From a virus (taxonomy: Duplodnaviria; Caudoviricetes), in the IMG/VR virus record IMGVR_UViG_3300028888_000057: a stretch of 64,000 bases of DNA; one strand, given 5' to 3'. Positions 1 through 9,542 of this stretch are shown here, piece by piece; position 1 is the first letter of the stretch; each line of letters starts with the position of its first letter. The notes under the pieces were generated by a model, which did no database searches, was not told where the DNA came from, and saw nothing but the letters and a program-made list of their open reading frames with translations. The translations under genes were made by a program, and so were the position numbers.

Positions 1-2936
1 ATTCGACCTGTATTGTTTAATTCAGCCGTTGCTATATTTTGTAATTCTTTAGGTAAATCATCTACTGTTTTTCCGGCGGCTTCTAGTAATGGCTCTAACC
101 ATGCCATAGGAGTAACAGCTGCTACAAGATCTTTCGCTTTGACTTCGTCCGGAAGAGCTATATAACCAGATCGTTCTTTTTCTTTAAGGCCTCTAATTTG
201 ACTTTGAATATACGATTCAGCTTCTTTTGAGTAAGCGAAATTAGCATCTTCGTCTAAAAGTCTAGAGTAATACGGGCTTCTTCTTAACGCTTCAATTCTT
301 CCTTCTGCGCTTTGAAGATGGAAACGTCTTCTCGCAAATTCTTCTTTTGACTTTGCTTGTGTTTTAGCGTCAATCCCTATTGCCGCAGCAGTCTGCTGAG
401 ACATAATCGTCGGATCCGAAGACAAATCGTATGCTGTTCGCATAACCATCCAATGCGGAGTAGCACGATCATGAAATGCACCTTGTTCCTCAGGAAGCAA
501 CGTAACAATCCCGCTTGATGAATTCACACGACCTTCTTTTCGCGCTTGTTCATATCCGGCTTCACCATATTCTCCAACGTATGATTTTTTATCTAAAAAT
601 TTAAACCCTTCAAATTGCTTCACGGATGAATCTGTAAGAATTGCTCCGATGTCGTCCGCATTAGCTTTAAAGAATTTTTGACGTCTTAACTCGCGTTTCT
701 GATCGTCTGTCAAACTACGTCCTTTGCCCATAAGATCAAGAACATCTTGTTTGTCCGCAGTTGCACTTGGAGCCCAATACATTAATTTGCCATTTTCGTT
801 TGAAACCATCCAATTGCCATTCGCAGATTCTCCAACTTCATCTGGATTAAATGTTCCCATAATAGATCCAAACATATAATCAAGATCAACAGGATTCATC
901 ACGTATTTAGCAAAGCCCATCGCTGACCGCATTTGCACTGGACCATTTTTAAATAATTTGTTACTTCCTAACGCAGCTCCGTCTATGCGGTTCGGTTTAC
1001 CTTCATATTTTTTTCCTAAAGCATCATACAATGCTTCCATGTTCATAATACGAGTCTGGAAAGGTTTTTCAAATTCACCAAAAACCTCTTCGTAAGGCAT
1101 AGAAGATGACGCAGATTTAGAAAAGTTATTTATTTGTTTTATAAGTTTATCTTCTGGTATATCTCTCAAACCATTAGCATTTAGACCGCCAAAAAAAGAT
1201 GGGATATGACGTTCTTCAGCCCATGTGTTAATTTGTTTTTTAAGATCATTTTCAATCAGCGAAATCGAATCTTCATTTTGCATTAAATATGAATATTTTC
1301 TTCCGCCATATTCATAATCTTTACTTACAAGATTTTTTAATTCTGGGAGTCGACTTTCATTGATTGTTCCATCTTTTAAAAAATATGGCTTTGTTGATAA
1401 CGTCAAGATTGGCGGCGTTTTATAGATCGGCTTACCTGTACTCTCATCGCGACCAAATCCGAACGTGCCATTACCAACTCCGAAGCTCATATTGTTTCCG
1501 TTGGAATCTTTCCAGATGTCGGAAATAAGTTTCATTATTGGACTGTTAGTTCTTACAATAAATTGATCGTCTTCTGACTGATCAAATAAACCTGTTTTCT
1601 TTTTCCAGTTTGGATCACTTTCAACAAGACGACCCGTAGAAGAATCAACCCTTGTACGAGGAATAATAAATTGAGTCGGCGTACCAACAGTTTTTATTTT
1701 CGAACCTGAACTTCTATATTCAATTGGAGATCTTAAATAATCATTTACATTAACATTAGAATCGGCAACGATAGAACCGTCTCGCGAAAGAAGATCTAAT
1801 ACACCAATAGCAGACCTAACGCGTCCGCTCATGCGTCGATCTTGACGAGTATTTTCGCTGAAATCACGAATGTCTGAATCGTAAAAAGCATATCCTCTTC
1901 TTGAATCAGCGATTTGCCTAAGCGACAATCCTGCAAGTTTTCCAGCTTGAGCTCTAGTCAAACTTTTAGCCCAACGAAGCTCACCGCCTTCTCGTCTTGC
2001 AACGCCAGCCGCCTCTAAAATATCATAAACGTCAGAAGCATCGTCACTGTGTTCGATATAATCTTGAAGTTCTTTATATAATCCGGTTTTAACATTTATT
2101 CTTTGCTTTGGACTTTTTAAAGACTGTCTCCAGTTTTGAATATCTTGTTCTTCTGCTGACCCATTATTATAGTAAGCTCTTCTGAATTGTTCTGGGATAA
2201 TATCATGTGCATAAGTATGCCGTCTACCTGCTTTAAAAGGCGCTTCTGCGAGAAGAGATTGTCCAATTGATCGAGAGGCAGATGTATTATTTGACAGCAA
2301 CATTAATCGTAAATTGTTTTTTATTTGCTGATCCGTAAATTCTTGTCCGTTTCCTGCTGCTTTAAAACTATTTTTTATCGCGTTGTCGTTTGCTAAAACA
2401 GAAACATACCGATCTAAAGTAGGAGTTTGACCTTTGAATTGCTTCGCATTTAACTCAGCAATCCTGTTATTAACAGCGCGATTCATGATCGTAGGCGCGT
2501 TTTGTTTGAATGCGTGTTTACTCCATCCTAAATCCTGATCGTATGCTTCGTTGATCGCATTGATTCTTGCCGCAAATTCACGCAATCCAAGACTTTTAGT
2601 TATTAACGATGTTTCATCTAAACCTTTTCCGTAGTCCCTTTTCATTTGATTAATTAATCCAGAAACAGTTCTGGTGACATCCATAAATGGAGCAACCAAG
2701 GACTGAGAAAAGTTCTTGCCAAATTTAGTAATTTGCGATTGAAGCGTTGTTAATCCGTTTGAATACAAATTTAAGCTTTCTAAAAAATATTGAACAGACT
2801 CATTTTGGGGATCGTTAAATAGATCGATGGGGCTGCTCTTAACATTATTTCTTAATTCTTCTACTGCCTGACTGGCATCGTCAATCCCTTGTTTATTTAA
2901 TGTTGTTAATATCTCAACTGAAACAGTATTTGACAT
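1..2936 (-). CDS. Giant virion protein at the tape-measure position (runs off the window start), with an internal region resembling YonO/RdRP-like RNA polymerases
   Basis: ATG at 2936 with GGAGG upstream; my hand translation is open to base 1 (MSNTVSVEILTTLNKQG...). It is absent from the ORF track because the stop lies outside the window. It follows the tail-chaperone genes. Motifs RIDG..QMR..AK, ILTDSSVK and EAESYIQ..RSG are colinear with the two RNAPs in the window. Confidence 0.7.
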   Translation of the reverse strand, partial: MSNTVSVEILTTLNKQGIDDASQAVEELRNNVKSSPIDLFNDPQNESVQYFLESLNLYSNGLTTLQSQITKFGKNFSQSLVAPFMDVTRTVSGLINQMKRDYGKGLDETSLITKSLGLREFAARINAINEAYDQDLGWSKHAFKQNAPTIMNRAVNNRIAELNAKQFKGQTPTLDRYVSVLANDNAIKNSFKAAGNGQEFTDQQIKNNLRLMLLSNNTSASRSIGQSLLAEAPFKAGRRHTYAHDIIPEQFRRAYYNNGSAEEQDIQNWRQSLKSPKQRINVKTGLYKELQDYIEHSDDASDVYDILEAAGVARREGGELRWAKSLTRAQAGKLAGLSLRQIADSRRGYAFYDSDIRDFSENTRQDRRMSGRVRSAIGVLDLLSRDGSIVADSNVNVNDYLRSPIEYRSSGSKIKTVGTPTQFIIPRTRVDSSTGRLVESDPNWKKKTGLFDQSEDDQFIVRTNSPIMKLISDIWKDSNGNNMSFGVGNGTFGFGRDESTGKPIYKTPPILTLSTKPYFLKDGTINESRLPELKNLVSKDYEYGGRKYSYLMQNEDSISLIENDLKKQINTWAEERHIPSFFGGLNANGLRDIPEDKLIKQINNFSKSASSSMPYEEVFGEFEKPFQTRIMNMEALYDALGKKYEGKPNRIDGAALGSNKLFKNGPVQMRSAMGFAKYVMNPVDLDYMFGSIMGTFNPDEVGESANGNWMVSNENGKLMYWAPSATADKQDVLDLMGKGRSLTDDQKRELRRQKFFKANADDIGAILTDSSVKQFEGFKFLDKKSYVGEYGEAGYEQARKEGRVNSSSGIVTLLPEEQGAFHDRATPHWMVMRTAYDLSSDPTIMSQQTAAAIGIDAKTQAKSKEEFARRRFHLQSAEGRIEALRRSPYYSRLLDEDANFAYSKEAESYIQSQIRGLKEKERSGYIALPDEVKAKDLVAAVTPMAWLEPLLEAAGKTVDDLPKELQNIATAELNNTGR

Positions 2937-2956
2937 ACCTACTTAACCTCCTTTTA

Positions 2957-2985
2957 TTGACAAATTAAGTATTTCATGTTATAAA
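2957..2985 (+). promoter_or_regulatory. Sigma-A/sigma70-type promoter with extended -10
   Basis: TTGACA, 17-nt spacer, TGnTATAAA, upstream of the RBS of the ORF at 3027. Confidence 0.7.
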
Positions 2986-3026
2986 AAACGAGCAAACCCC
3001 TGCAATTGAAAAGGAGGAAGACTCGC

Positions 3027-3371
3027 ATGGAAACAATATTAATCAATGAAGTTACTTGTCCTGCCTGCGGAGGGCATTTGTTTGACAAAGAATATATTGA
3101 AAAAAAGTTGTATATATGCAGGCAATCTGTTGATATGTACTTTAGATGTAATCACATACTTGCTTTCTGTAAACAATGCAACAAACTTCAAGACGAAAAA
3201 GAATTCGGAAAGCATGGCGATGTCTGGGAATGCAAAGAATGTGGCGCAATTTGTTGGCCATTAACTGACGAAAAAAGAAGAAGAGAAGAAATTCTTTCTA
3301 AATATGAATCTCGGTCTAAAAAGTTCAACAGCGTTGCCAACGAAATAGAATCTTTACTAAAAAATGAATAA
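3027..3371 (+). CDS. Small multi-CxxC zinc-ribbon protein (moron-like, antisense to the late operon)
   Basis: AAGGAGG RBS; CPACGG, CKQC, CKECG motifs. Confidence 0.75.
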   Translation: METILINEVTCPACGGHLFDKEYIEKKLYICRQSVDMYFRCNHILAFCKQCNKLQDEKEFGKHGDVWECKECGAICWPLTDEKRRREEILSKYESRSKKFNSVANEIESLLKNE

Positions 3372-3457
3372 TGACATTGTAAAACATCAGAGATTTCACG
3401 ATTTAATTTTCCGTTAATTCAACTTCAATTAATGATTCAAATAAGGAGTGATTAAGA

Positions 3458-3697
3458 ATGGAGCGCATAAGTAACTCGGTGCCCTGCCGCAAATGCGGAG
3501 CCAACGAACATATTCCAAGATATGCACAAAGAGATTTCTTTATATGTAAGAAATGTTCCCAGCCGATCGGTTACAGATGCTCCGGATGTGAAGAGTTTTT
3601 TGAGAATGCCGACAACCTATATTATGACGGCAGTATATACAGATGTAAAATATGTAACACTATACAGTGGGGTTATTCTGATTGGAAGCTACAATAA
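3458..3697 (+). CDS. Small multi-CxxC zinc-ribbon protein, related to the ORF at 3027
   Basis: AAGGAG RBS; four CxxC pairs. Confidence 0.75.
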   Translation: MERISNSVPCRKCGANEHIPRYAQRDFFICKKCSQPIGYRCSGCEEFFENADNLYYDGSIYRCKICNTIQWGYSDWKLQ

Positions 3698-3735
3698 AAA
3701 AATAGGGGAGAGACAGTTAAATCTCTCCCCTTTTA
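3696..3735. terminator. Bidirectional intrinsic terminator
   Basis: AGGGGAGAGA/TCTCTCCCCT stem with an A-run on the left and a T-run on the right, between convergent genes. Confidence 0.75.
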
Positions 3736-4266
3736 TTATTTGACAAACTCGTCCAATATGTCTGTTCGTACGATATAAGCACGATTATTGATAGCTTGTT
3801 TTGCCAGCCGCACTTTTCCTTGTATCTCGCTTAAGTAAGATAATGTTCCTATTTCGCTAAGCGCTTGGTATACCGGATATAACAAATCCATTTCGTTCTT
3901 GCAAACTCTTCTTTCACGGCGAACCTCGCACAACTGCTGATATAACTTAAAACCAGCTCTTGCGTTTTTATTTCTGCTCATCTCGATAAAATGAAGAAGG
4001 TCTTGCTGTTCCGATTCTAATTTTGCCAACCGTGCCCGATCTGCTTCGTATCTGGAAAGCATATTCCGGACAGCCTCACAAAATTCTTTGAACGTTTCTT
4101 CAGGATGCAGCGTATCAAACTCTTCGTTGCTTTGTAGTATAGGCTTTGGATCAAAGTGTTCTTTTTCAACTGCAATAGGTTCAATTTCAATCTTTCTAGT
4201 AATCAATGAATCCAGTTGCGCCTGAGACATTCTATCTCTTGTTTTAGCTCTCGTTCTTGCTGACAT
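3736..4266 (-). CDS. Hypothetical coiled-coil phage protein
   Basis: 176-aa ORF with AAGGAG RBS. Confidence 0.7.
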   Translation of the reverse strand: MSARTRAKTRDRMSQAQLDSLITRKIEIEPIAVEKEHFDPKPILQSNEEFDTLHPEETFKEFCEAVRNMLSRYEADRARLAKLESEQQDLLHFIEMSRNKNARAGFKLYQQLCEVRRERRVCKNEMDLLYPVYQALSEIGTLSYLSEIQGKVRLAKQAINNRAYIVRTDILDEFVK

Positions 4267-4277
4267 AACAAACTCCT

Positions 4278-4664
4278 TTACGCATTATCTGTTGGAGCAG
4301 GGAAGGGAACAATATTGTCCGAAACGGCAGAAGTTCCATGATTTGCTTTCATGAATTCGACTACTTGCTTGATATAATCAGTTTCTTCCTGCATGATAGC
4401 AGGTTCTACAGTAGCGGTGATAAGATCATACAACCAGTCCATAACTTCTTTCTGTTTGGAGTCTCTCTTATTCCGTCTTTCGACTTCAAGCTCGAGTGTT
4501 TCCTTAACCTCTGCCGGGGACACTTCGTAATCTGAAATGTCGTTGAAATACAGCGCGTTATCTGCAAGGACAAGACGCCAGTCTGGTTCAAGATACCAAA
4601 TACCGTTATCAAGCGGATGAACTGCTACTTCCTTAGCTTTGGTAATAAATTCTGAATATAACAT
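4278..4664 (-). CDS. Hypothetical protein
   Basis: 128-aa ORF with GAGGTG RBS. Confidence 0.7.
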   Translation of the reverse strand: MLYSEFITKAKEVAVHPLDNGIWYLEPDWRLVLADNALYFNDISDYEVSPAEVKETLELEVERRNKRDSKQKEVMDWLYDLITATVEPAIMQEETDYIKQVVEFMKANHGTSAVSDNIVPFPAPTDNA

Positions 4665-4673
4665 ACTTTCACC

Positions 4674-4832
4674 TCAATATAGCTTAACAATAAGTCCTTC
4701 ATCGTATGTATTATTTTCTGTATAATATATTTCATCTCGGATGACAACTTCGGTAATCTCAGCGTCCTCCGCTACAACGTGACAGTCCTGTGGGTATTGT
4801 TCCAATATCTCAATTAGATCTCTGACTGTCAT
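4674..4832 (-). CDS. Small hypothetical protein (MTVRDLIEILEQYP...)
   Basis: 52-aa ORF that fills the gap between neighbours; read by hand. Confidence 0.55.
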   Translation of the reverse strand: MTVRDLIEILEQYPQDCHVVAEDAEITEVVIRDEIYYTENNTYDEGLIVKLY

Positions 4833-4838
4833 TTATAA

Positions 4839-5288
4839 TCACCGTTTCTTATGTTTATTGAAGATGGTTTTCTTTTCTTCAGGAATTACGCCTAATATAT
4901 GAGTCGATTCAGCGACCTTCTCAACAGGCTTTGGCTCTTCCTTCTCGATCTGAGTGCTGCCCTTGATAGCTTCAGGCTCATCCTTTACGGCAACATCAGC
5001 CGACACAATCCCGAATTCCTTAACCTTTGGGTAAGGGTTAGGAAGATTCATCTGTGCAATCTTGCGAACACAATTAATCATACGAATCTTGGAAGAACGT
5101 CCATTAATGGCCTTGGCACGCCAAGCGGCGCAAGCCAGCTTCGCTGTGTAGAACAGTTCGTTTGCTTCAATTACTTCGAAGTGAGGTTCTTCTGCACCTT
5201 CAATCCAGTTCCGAGCACATGCGTTAAAAGTACCTTCGTCGCCGTTTAAGGTTTCCATTACTCTTTCATAAAGTTCATAACTAGTCAT
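4839..5288 (-). CDS. Hypothetical protein
   Basis: 149-aa ORF with AAGGAG RBS. Confidence 0.7.
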   Translation of the reverse strand: MTSYELYERVMETLNGDEGTFNACARNWIEGAEEPHFEVIEANELFYTAKLACAAWRAKAINGRSSKIRMINCVRKIAQMNLPNPYPKVKEFGIVSADVAVKDEPEAIKGSTQIEKEEPKPVEKVAESTHILGVIPEEKKTIFNKHKKR

Positions 5289-5302
5289 TTTACATTTCTC
5301 CT

Positions 5303-5698
5303 TTATTTAAGGTATTCTTCGAACCAGCTGATATCACCAAGGGCTTCCTTAGCCTTTTCTTTCTGGTTCTCGCCAGCCTCAATAACTTTCATTGAACCCG
5401 GCATCGTTAATAATGTAGCCGCACTGTTTGTAGTGCTCTGCTTGTAAAGCGGATTGGCAGCCGCAATCATCTTGTTGATCGCTTCGCCGCCCTTCTTATC
5501 GAATACTGTCTTGCCGTACATATTGGACAGAGACTCGAAGTTCAGTCTCTTTCCCAATGCAGACAGAACGTCTTGGAAGAAGATGTAGTTCATATTATTG
5601 ATTTTGTCTTCGTCTACTTCGCCCAGGTGTGCCGCAATTGCAGCCACAGCTTCGTCAAGACTTAACGCTTCGCTACTGCCTGGGCTTCCCTGTTTTTT
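5303..5698 (-). CDS. Tail assembly chaperone, -1 frameshift extension (gpGT-like)
   Basis: The -1 frame is open from the slippery site (KQGSPGSSEALSLDEAVAAIAAHL...) and has no good RBS of its own. Confidence 0.7.
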   Translation of the reverse strand, partial: KKQGSPGSSEALSLDEAVAAIAAHLGEVDEDKINNMNYIFFQDVLSALGKRLNFESLSNMYGKTVFDKKGGEAINKMIAAANPLYKQSTTNSAATLLTMPGSMKVIEAGENQKEKAKEALGDISWFEEYLK

Positions 5699-6267
5699 CT
5701 TGCCGCTTCTTCCTTTTCGTCAATGTGGTTTATCCGGCCAAAGATCTTTACAATCCTATCGATAATGTCTGCATCGAAGTTATCGTAATGATCCCGTACA
5801 AACGTCGAGTCGTCGAACACAGACACAAGGAAGTCATATAACAACTGGTCTGCATCTCTCTTCTCATCTATTACACCCTTGCCGTACGTCAGCAATTCGT
5901 GTAAAGGTACAACCTTTATAATACCGTACCCCGAAGCTCCTTTGTTTCTAAAGTACTTCAGTTTGGTCGGTTTGATTTCGACTTTAATTCCGTCGATAAC
6001 TACGGTATTGTCTTCGTCGTTATCCAAAGGCATTTCTTCTTTGGGAGAAGATTCTTCCGGTGTAGTCTCGACAGGCTCAGACTCTTTTGGAGTCCCTTTT
6101 TTTGCAGACGTTTGAGCGGGTTTTGTTTTGTTGGGTTTAGACGCAGCCGGGGTTTGAACCTTCTCAACCGTCTCTTTAGGAGTGGACACGTCTTGGAGTT
6201 CTCCGGCCGGGGTTTTAGCATCTTCCATTTTAGGATTCGGCAGCTGGACAATCTCCATCGTGCTCAC
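5662..6267 (-). CDS. Tail assembly chaperone (gpG-like); true start may be ATG at 6228
   Basis: Lies after the tail-tube gene and ends just past an in-frame A-AAA-AAC heptamer. Confidence 0.7.
   Translation of the reverse strand: MSTMEIVQLPNPKMEDAKTPAGELQDVSTPKETVEKVQTPAASKPNKTKPAQTSAKKGTPKESEPVETTPEESSPKEEMPLDNDEDNTVVIDGIKVEIKPTKLKYFRNKGASGYGIIKVVPLHELLTYGKGVIDEKRDADQLLYDFLVSVFDDSTFVRDHYDNFDADIIDRIVKIFGRINHIDEKEEAARKNREAQAVAKR
5692..5698 (-). other. Programmed -1 ribosomal frameshift site A AAA AAC
   Basis: X XXY YYZ heptamer in the correct frame, linking the two overlapping ORFs. Confidence 0.75.
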
Positions 6268-6397
6268 CTTCTTCCTGCCTTATTTCTTTCAGTGTTTTTA
6301 AAATATCATATAGATGATATGAAATATCTTTCAGACTATTCGCAATGCTTTCCAAACTGCATCGAACAGTTCTGATCTTATTGTTGTTGAAAAACAT
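6230..6397 (-). CDS. Small hypothetical protein
   Basis: Purine-rich RBS; ORF ends 1 nt before ATG 6228. Confidence 0.45.
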   Translation of the reverse strand: MFFNNNKIRTVRCSLESIANSLKDISYHLYDILKTLKEIRQEEGEHDGDCPAAES

Positions 6398-6417
6398 ATT
6401 CCTTTCTCCCTTCAAAT

Positions 6418-6451
6418 AAAAAAGGGGATACTGTAAGGTTACAGTATCCCC
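6418..6451 (-). terminator. Intrinsic terminator after the tail-tube gene
   Basis: GGGGATACTGTAA/TTACAGTATCCCC inverted repeat followed by a T-run on the minus strand. Confidence 0.75.
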
Positions 6452-6517
6452 AAAAGAGATTAACTAACTGAAACCTTTATATAAAAACCTTATCGATAAT
6501 CGTTAGTAATCAAATGC

Positions 6518-9276
6518 TTACCTCTTGTAGTAAGCGGTGCTGTACGCGCCTTCATCGTTACGCTTAGCGTCCCAAATATGTTCAACACAGGTCGTTACTC
6601 TGTGCCCGCCTTTCGGCAGCTCTGCATCGCTGCAGAAGTTCTGACTATATCACGAACTCTTACGAGTCCCTCTTCATTTCGGATCACTTGATCCTACTCT
6701 ACTCGCTCGATCTCTCGGCTTTCGATAGTCGATAGGCATTTATTCACACACACGTTCAAAATAATGACCATTACACGGTTTGTTGTGTTTGATTGACCAA
6801 AAAATTGCTTCAGACGTTCTGTTGATAGAACGTCCTGCTTCTGCGCCGCTTCGGAAAACTTCGCCAGTTGTTAAATCTTTCACTGGAACATGAATTGAAT
6901 TCTTGTTGCCTTTTCTTGCAGCAGAAAAATTCTTCTTCTGCTCTTCGGACATCGGACCAGTTTTAAGCCCTTTATTCCACGGCGCATTGCCTCGGAAATG
7001 TGATTCAGCCAGTTTCTTCTTCTTTTCCTCTGAGAAGTTAAGACGTGCTTGGCTAATCTTCTGTCTTGTTTCTAGTGGCAATGTTCCACGATTTGGTTCT
7101 TCCAGCAGAATATTGTATCCATGTTCCTGTATGTTCGATTGATACTGCTCTATGTAGTATTTCTCTAATCTTACGCTTTCTTCGTAAGATAAGTCTTGAG
7201 CAAGTATTTCAAGTTCAAAGTTTTCCCATCCGTATTTACAGATAGCATTCCAGAATTTTGGACAGGTTTTATACCCGCTTCCATCTTTCTGAGCTCTTGC
7301 GCTAACCTTGCGCATTGTTCGGCCAATGTAAACTTTTGAATTAATCTTGTTAGTGTACTTATATACAATATTGTTGTTAGCTAATAAACTTTTTTCGTAT
7401 ACATGCACTGTTTAATCACTCCTCATATAATCGCTTTTTTGTGTGTGTGAAATTTAGCACGGGATTGTCTTCTTCTCTCCATTACGTCAATTTTCGAATG
7501 GCTTCAAAAATTTGAACCAATAGTATATGACAAAAGATAAGATAGAAGAGTTTCCCCGTTTAGAAGAGTTATTCAATGCAGCTTACGCTGCAAGGCCCCA
7601 GAGTTTATTTAGGGCTTGGAGTTCAAAGCTGAAGGTCGCAGCGCTCTTATAGCTCGTGTCCATACCAGGAATCTGAGTGATTCTAGCGCGGAACACCTTA
7701 ACGATGTAGTAGCCAGCAATAGCGCTCTCGGAGCAGTCGTCACCAGAGCCGTAAACCGGCCAGATTGCACTGCACTCGCCGATAGCGGATTCCTTATTGG
7801 TAACGATAGCTTCCTGCACTTCCTTCGTGTAATTGTACACGACATCCACGAAGTCGATATCATCGTCAGCAGAGAAGGTAATCTCCTTGCCATTGATCAG
7901 GTAATGACCCGCCGTCACAGTACCAGACTGAGTGGTGATGGGTTCCATACCAGCAATGTACACAGACCCTTCGATAGGAGTCTGCAGCAGGGTGATCTTG
8001 TGGTTAGCATCCGGCTCATGCCGCTCGCCAGTAGGCAGAGCATAGTTGGCATTCGCCGCATACTCGGTCTTGTTCGCCATAGCGAACAGGTCGGCATCAA
8101 ATTTGCCACACGTAAAATTCATCGTAAAAGTCGATGATCCGGGCAAAACAGCCACAGGGAACCATTGTGTTCAACGTAGGTCGTTACTCTACGTCCGTCT
8201 TTCGACAGCTGCATGTTGCCATGCAGATCAGACTATATTTATACCCAAGGATTATGCACATACTTGGGCCTATCTCTTTCGGGCCACTTGGCCCTACACC
8301 TTGGTGAGAGGTTAGTCGTTACACTTTACACAACACAATATTTAAATACTAATCCATCTGGATGCTTACGTGCTCCAGACACGTATCTCCAAATAGTCCT
8401 AGGCGTGACACCAAGTTCAGCGGCGCATTCTCTTACTGTTTTCCAAACTTGTCCCGTCTGAACACATGTGACACTATGAGGTTCTTTATTTGGTTTATAA
8501 TTGTCATCATCCACATACTTATAATGTTTGCCTTTACATTTATATCCATGATACAGACTTTCTTGCAAGCTAGCACTGTTGACATCGAGATCTTTTGCGC
8601 AGTAATTTGCACATTCCCACATTTCGCCCGTTTCAATACAAAGTACGGCTCTGGCGTTAGGGTTTTTACCACCTGACAACCCTGCGCCATCTCTACCACC
8701 AGACGTTATGTTGTATCCATATTGTCTTTCGTTGGACTTATACTTCGCAATTAATTCGATCTCAAGTGCATCAGCTTCTTCTCTGGATAAATTTGTTTTC
8801 ACAATTTCATGAACAATATTATCCCATCCGTATTTTCGAATTGCATTATAGAACATTTGTCCTTTGTATCTATGCCCTGTCGCGCCCCATCTTCTACGAG
8901 GATCGCCAGTACATTGACCGACATACTTTTTTCCATTTGCAACGACAGTATGAACATAAACAGTATACATATTAATCACTCCTTGTTATATCTGCTCAAC
9001 AATTGTGCTATTGTTGAGATTGTGTTGTGCTGTAGTTCGGGATTGTCCTCAAAGAGGAGTTCAACCGAATTAAGATAGACTCATTCATGCATTACTGCAT
9101 GAAGCCCCGTTTATTTCCAGGGACCACCCGGCGTTGATGTCCATAGTTTCAATGTTTGCGCTAACGGTCGCAGCGGTCAGTTCATCGAAGTAGAACGCAT
9201 GACCATCGCAGCGACGGAACACTACTTTCGGGACGTCAGCAACGTAACCCTTAAGAGCAGCATTATAAGTTGCCAT
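6518..9276 (-). CDS. Major tail (tube) protein in three exons: 9276-9119, 8162-7611, 6572-6518 (254 aa spliced)
   Basis: Splicing after U and after the terminal G restores the frame: ...NAGWSL/FPVAVLPG...FELQAL/DAKRNDEGAYSTAYYKR*. Codon style matches the capsid gene, and the gene precedes the chaperone. Confidence 0.8.
6740..7408 (-). CDS. Intron-encoded GIY-YIG homing endonuclease with NUMOD-type C-terminal repeats
   Basis: IVYKYTN...VYIGRT, AICKYGWENF, E..YI, GYN motifs. Confidence 0.85.
   Translation of the reverse strand: MHVYEKSLLANNNIVYKYTNKINSKVYIGRTMRKVSARAQKDGSGYKTCPKFWNAICKYGWENFELEILAQDLSYEESVRLEKYYIEQYQSNIQEHGYNILLEEPNRGTLPLETRQKISQARLNFSEEKKKKLAESHFRGNAPWNKGLKTGPMSEEQKKNFSAARKGNKNSIHVPVKDLTTGEVFRSGAEAGRSINRTSEAIFWSIKHNKPCNGHYFERVCE
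7475..7508 (-). promoter_or_regulatory. Putative phage-RNAP promoter inside intron 2, upstream of the endonuclease ORF
   Basis: TTGAAGCCATTCGAAAATTGACGTAATGG matches the repeated TGAAGCCAT-N-ATAAAGG motif. Confidence 0.5.
8163..9118 (-). mobile_element. Group I intron 1 of the tail-tube gene
   Basis: P1 CCCU/GGGG, GACUA and AUAUAGUC elements, terminal G; the 3' region GAGTAACGACCT..GTTGAACA is shared with intron 2. Confidence 0.85.
8326..8979 (-). CDS. Intron-encoded GIY-YIG homing endonuclease
   Basis: VYVHT...KYVGQ, NAIRKYGWDN, GYNITSGG, two NUMOD1-like repeats. Confidence 0.85.
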   Translation of the reverse strand: MINMYTVYVHTVVANGKKYVGQCTGDPRRRWGATGHRYKGQMFYNAIRKYGWDNIVHEIVKTNLSREEADALEIELIAKYKSNERQYGYNITSGGRDGAGLSGGKNPNARAVLCIETGEMWECANYCAKDLDVNSASLQESLYHGYKCKGKHYKYVDDDNYKPNKEPHSVTCVQTGQVWKTVRECAAELGVTPRTIWRYVSGARKHPDGLVFKYCVV

Positions 9277-9542
9277 TGCACATGACCTCTTTCATGATTT
9301 ATTTATATCTGACATCAATATTCTGTCCTCCCAGAAACTTCATATATCTGCCCGATATATCGTATAGAGGCCTTCAGATAACCTTTGAAGCTGTAACGTA
9401 GCTTCAGCCGCCCTAAGACAGAGAGACGGGCTGTGTAACCGTCTCTCCGCTTAAGGAGGAATTAACCATGTCGCAACGAGCAGCCTCCTGCCCGGAACTC
9501 GCTGCACTATGCGCCCAAAAAAATGCGCATATCCCCAAAGAA

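Larger units (their letters stand above)
6573..7610 (-). mobile_element. Group I intron 2 of the tail-tube gene
   Basis: P1 GCCCU/GGGGC with U.G pair at the 5' splice site, GACUA and GAUAUAGUC (P7/S) elements, terminal G, internal endonuclease ORF. Confidence 0.85.

Noticed and set aside
9381-9410. Additional copy of the phage promoter motif upstream of the tail-tube gene
   Set aside because: The TGAAGC-to-AAAGG spacing is 14 rather than 16-17 nt and the CAT core is missing; it reads better as a simple hairpin.
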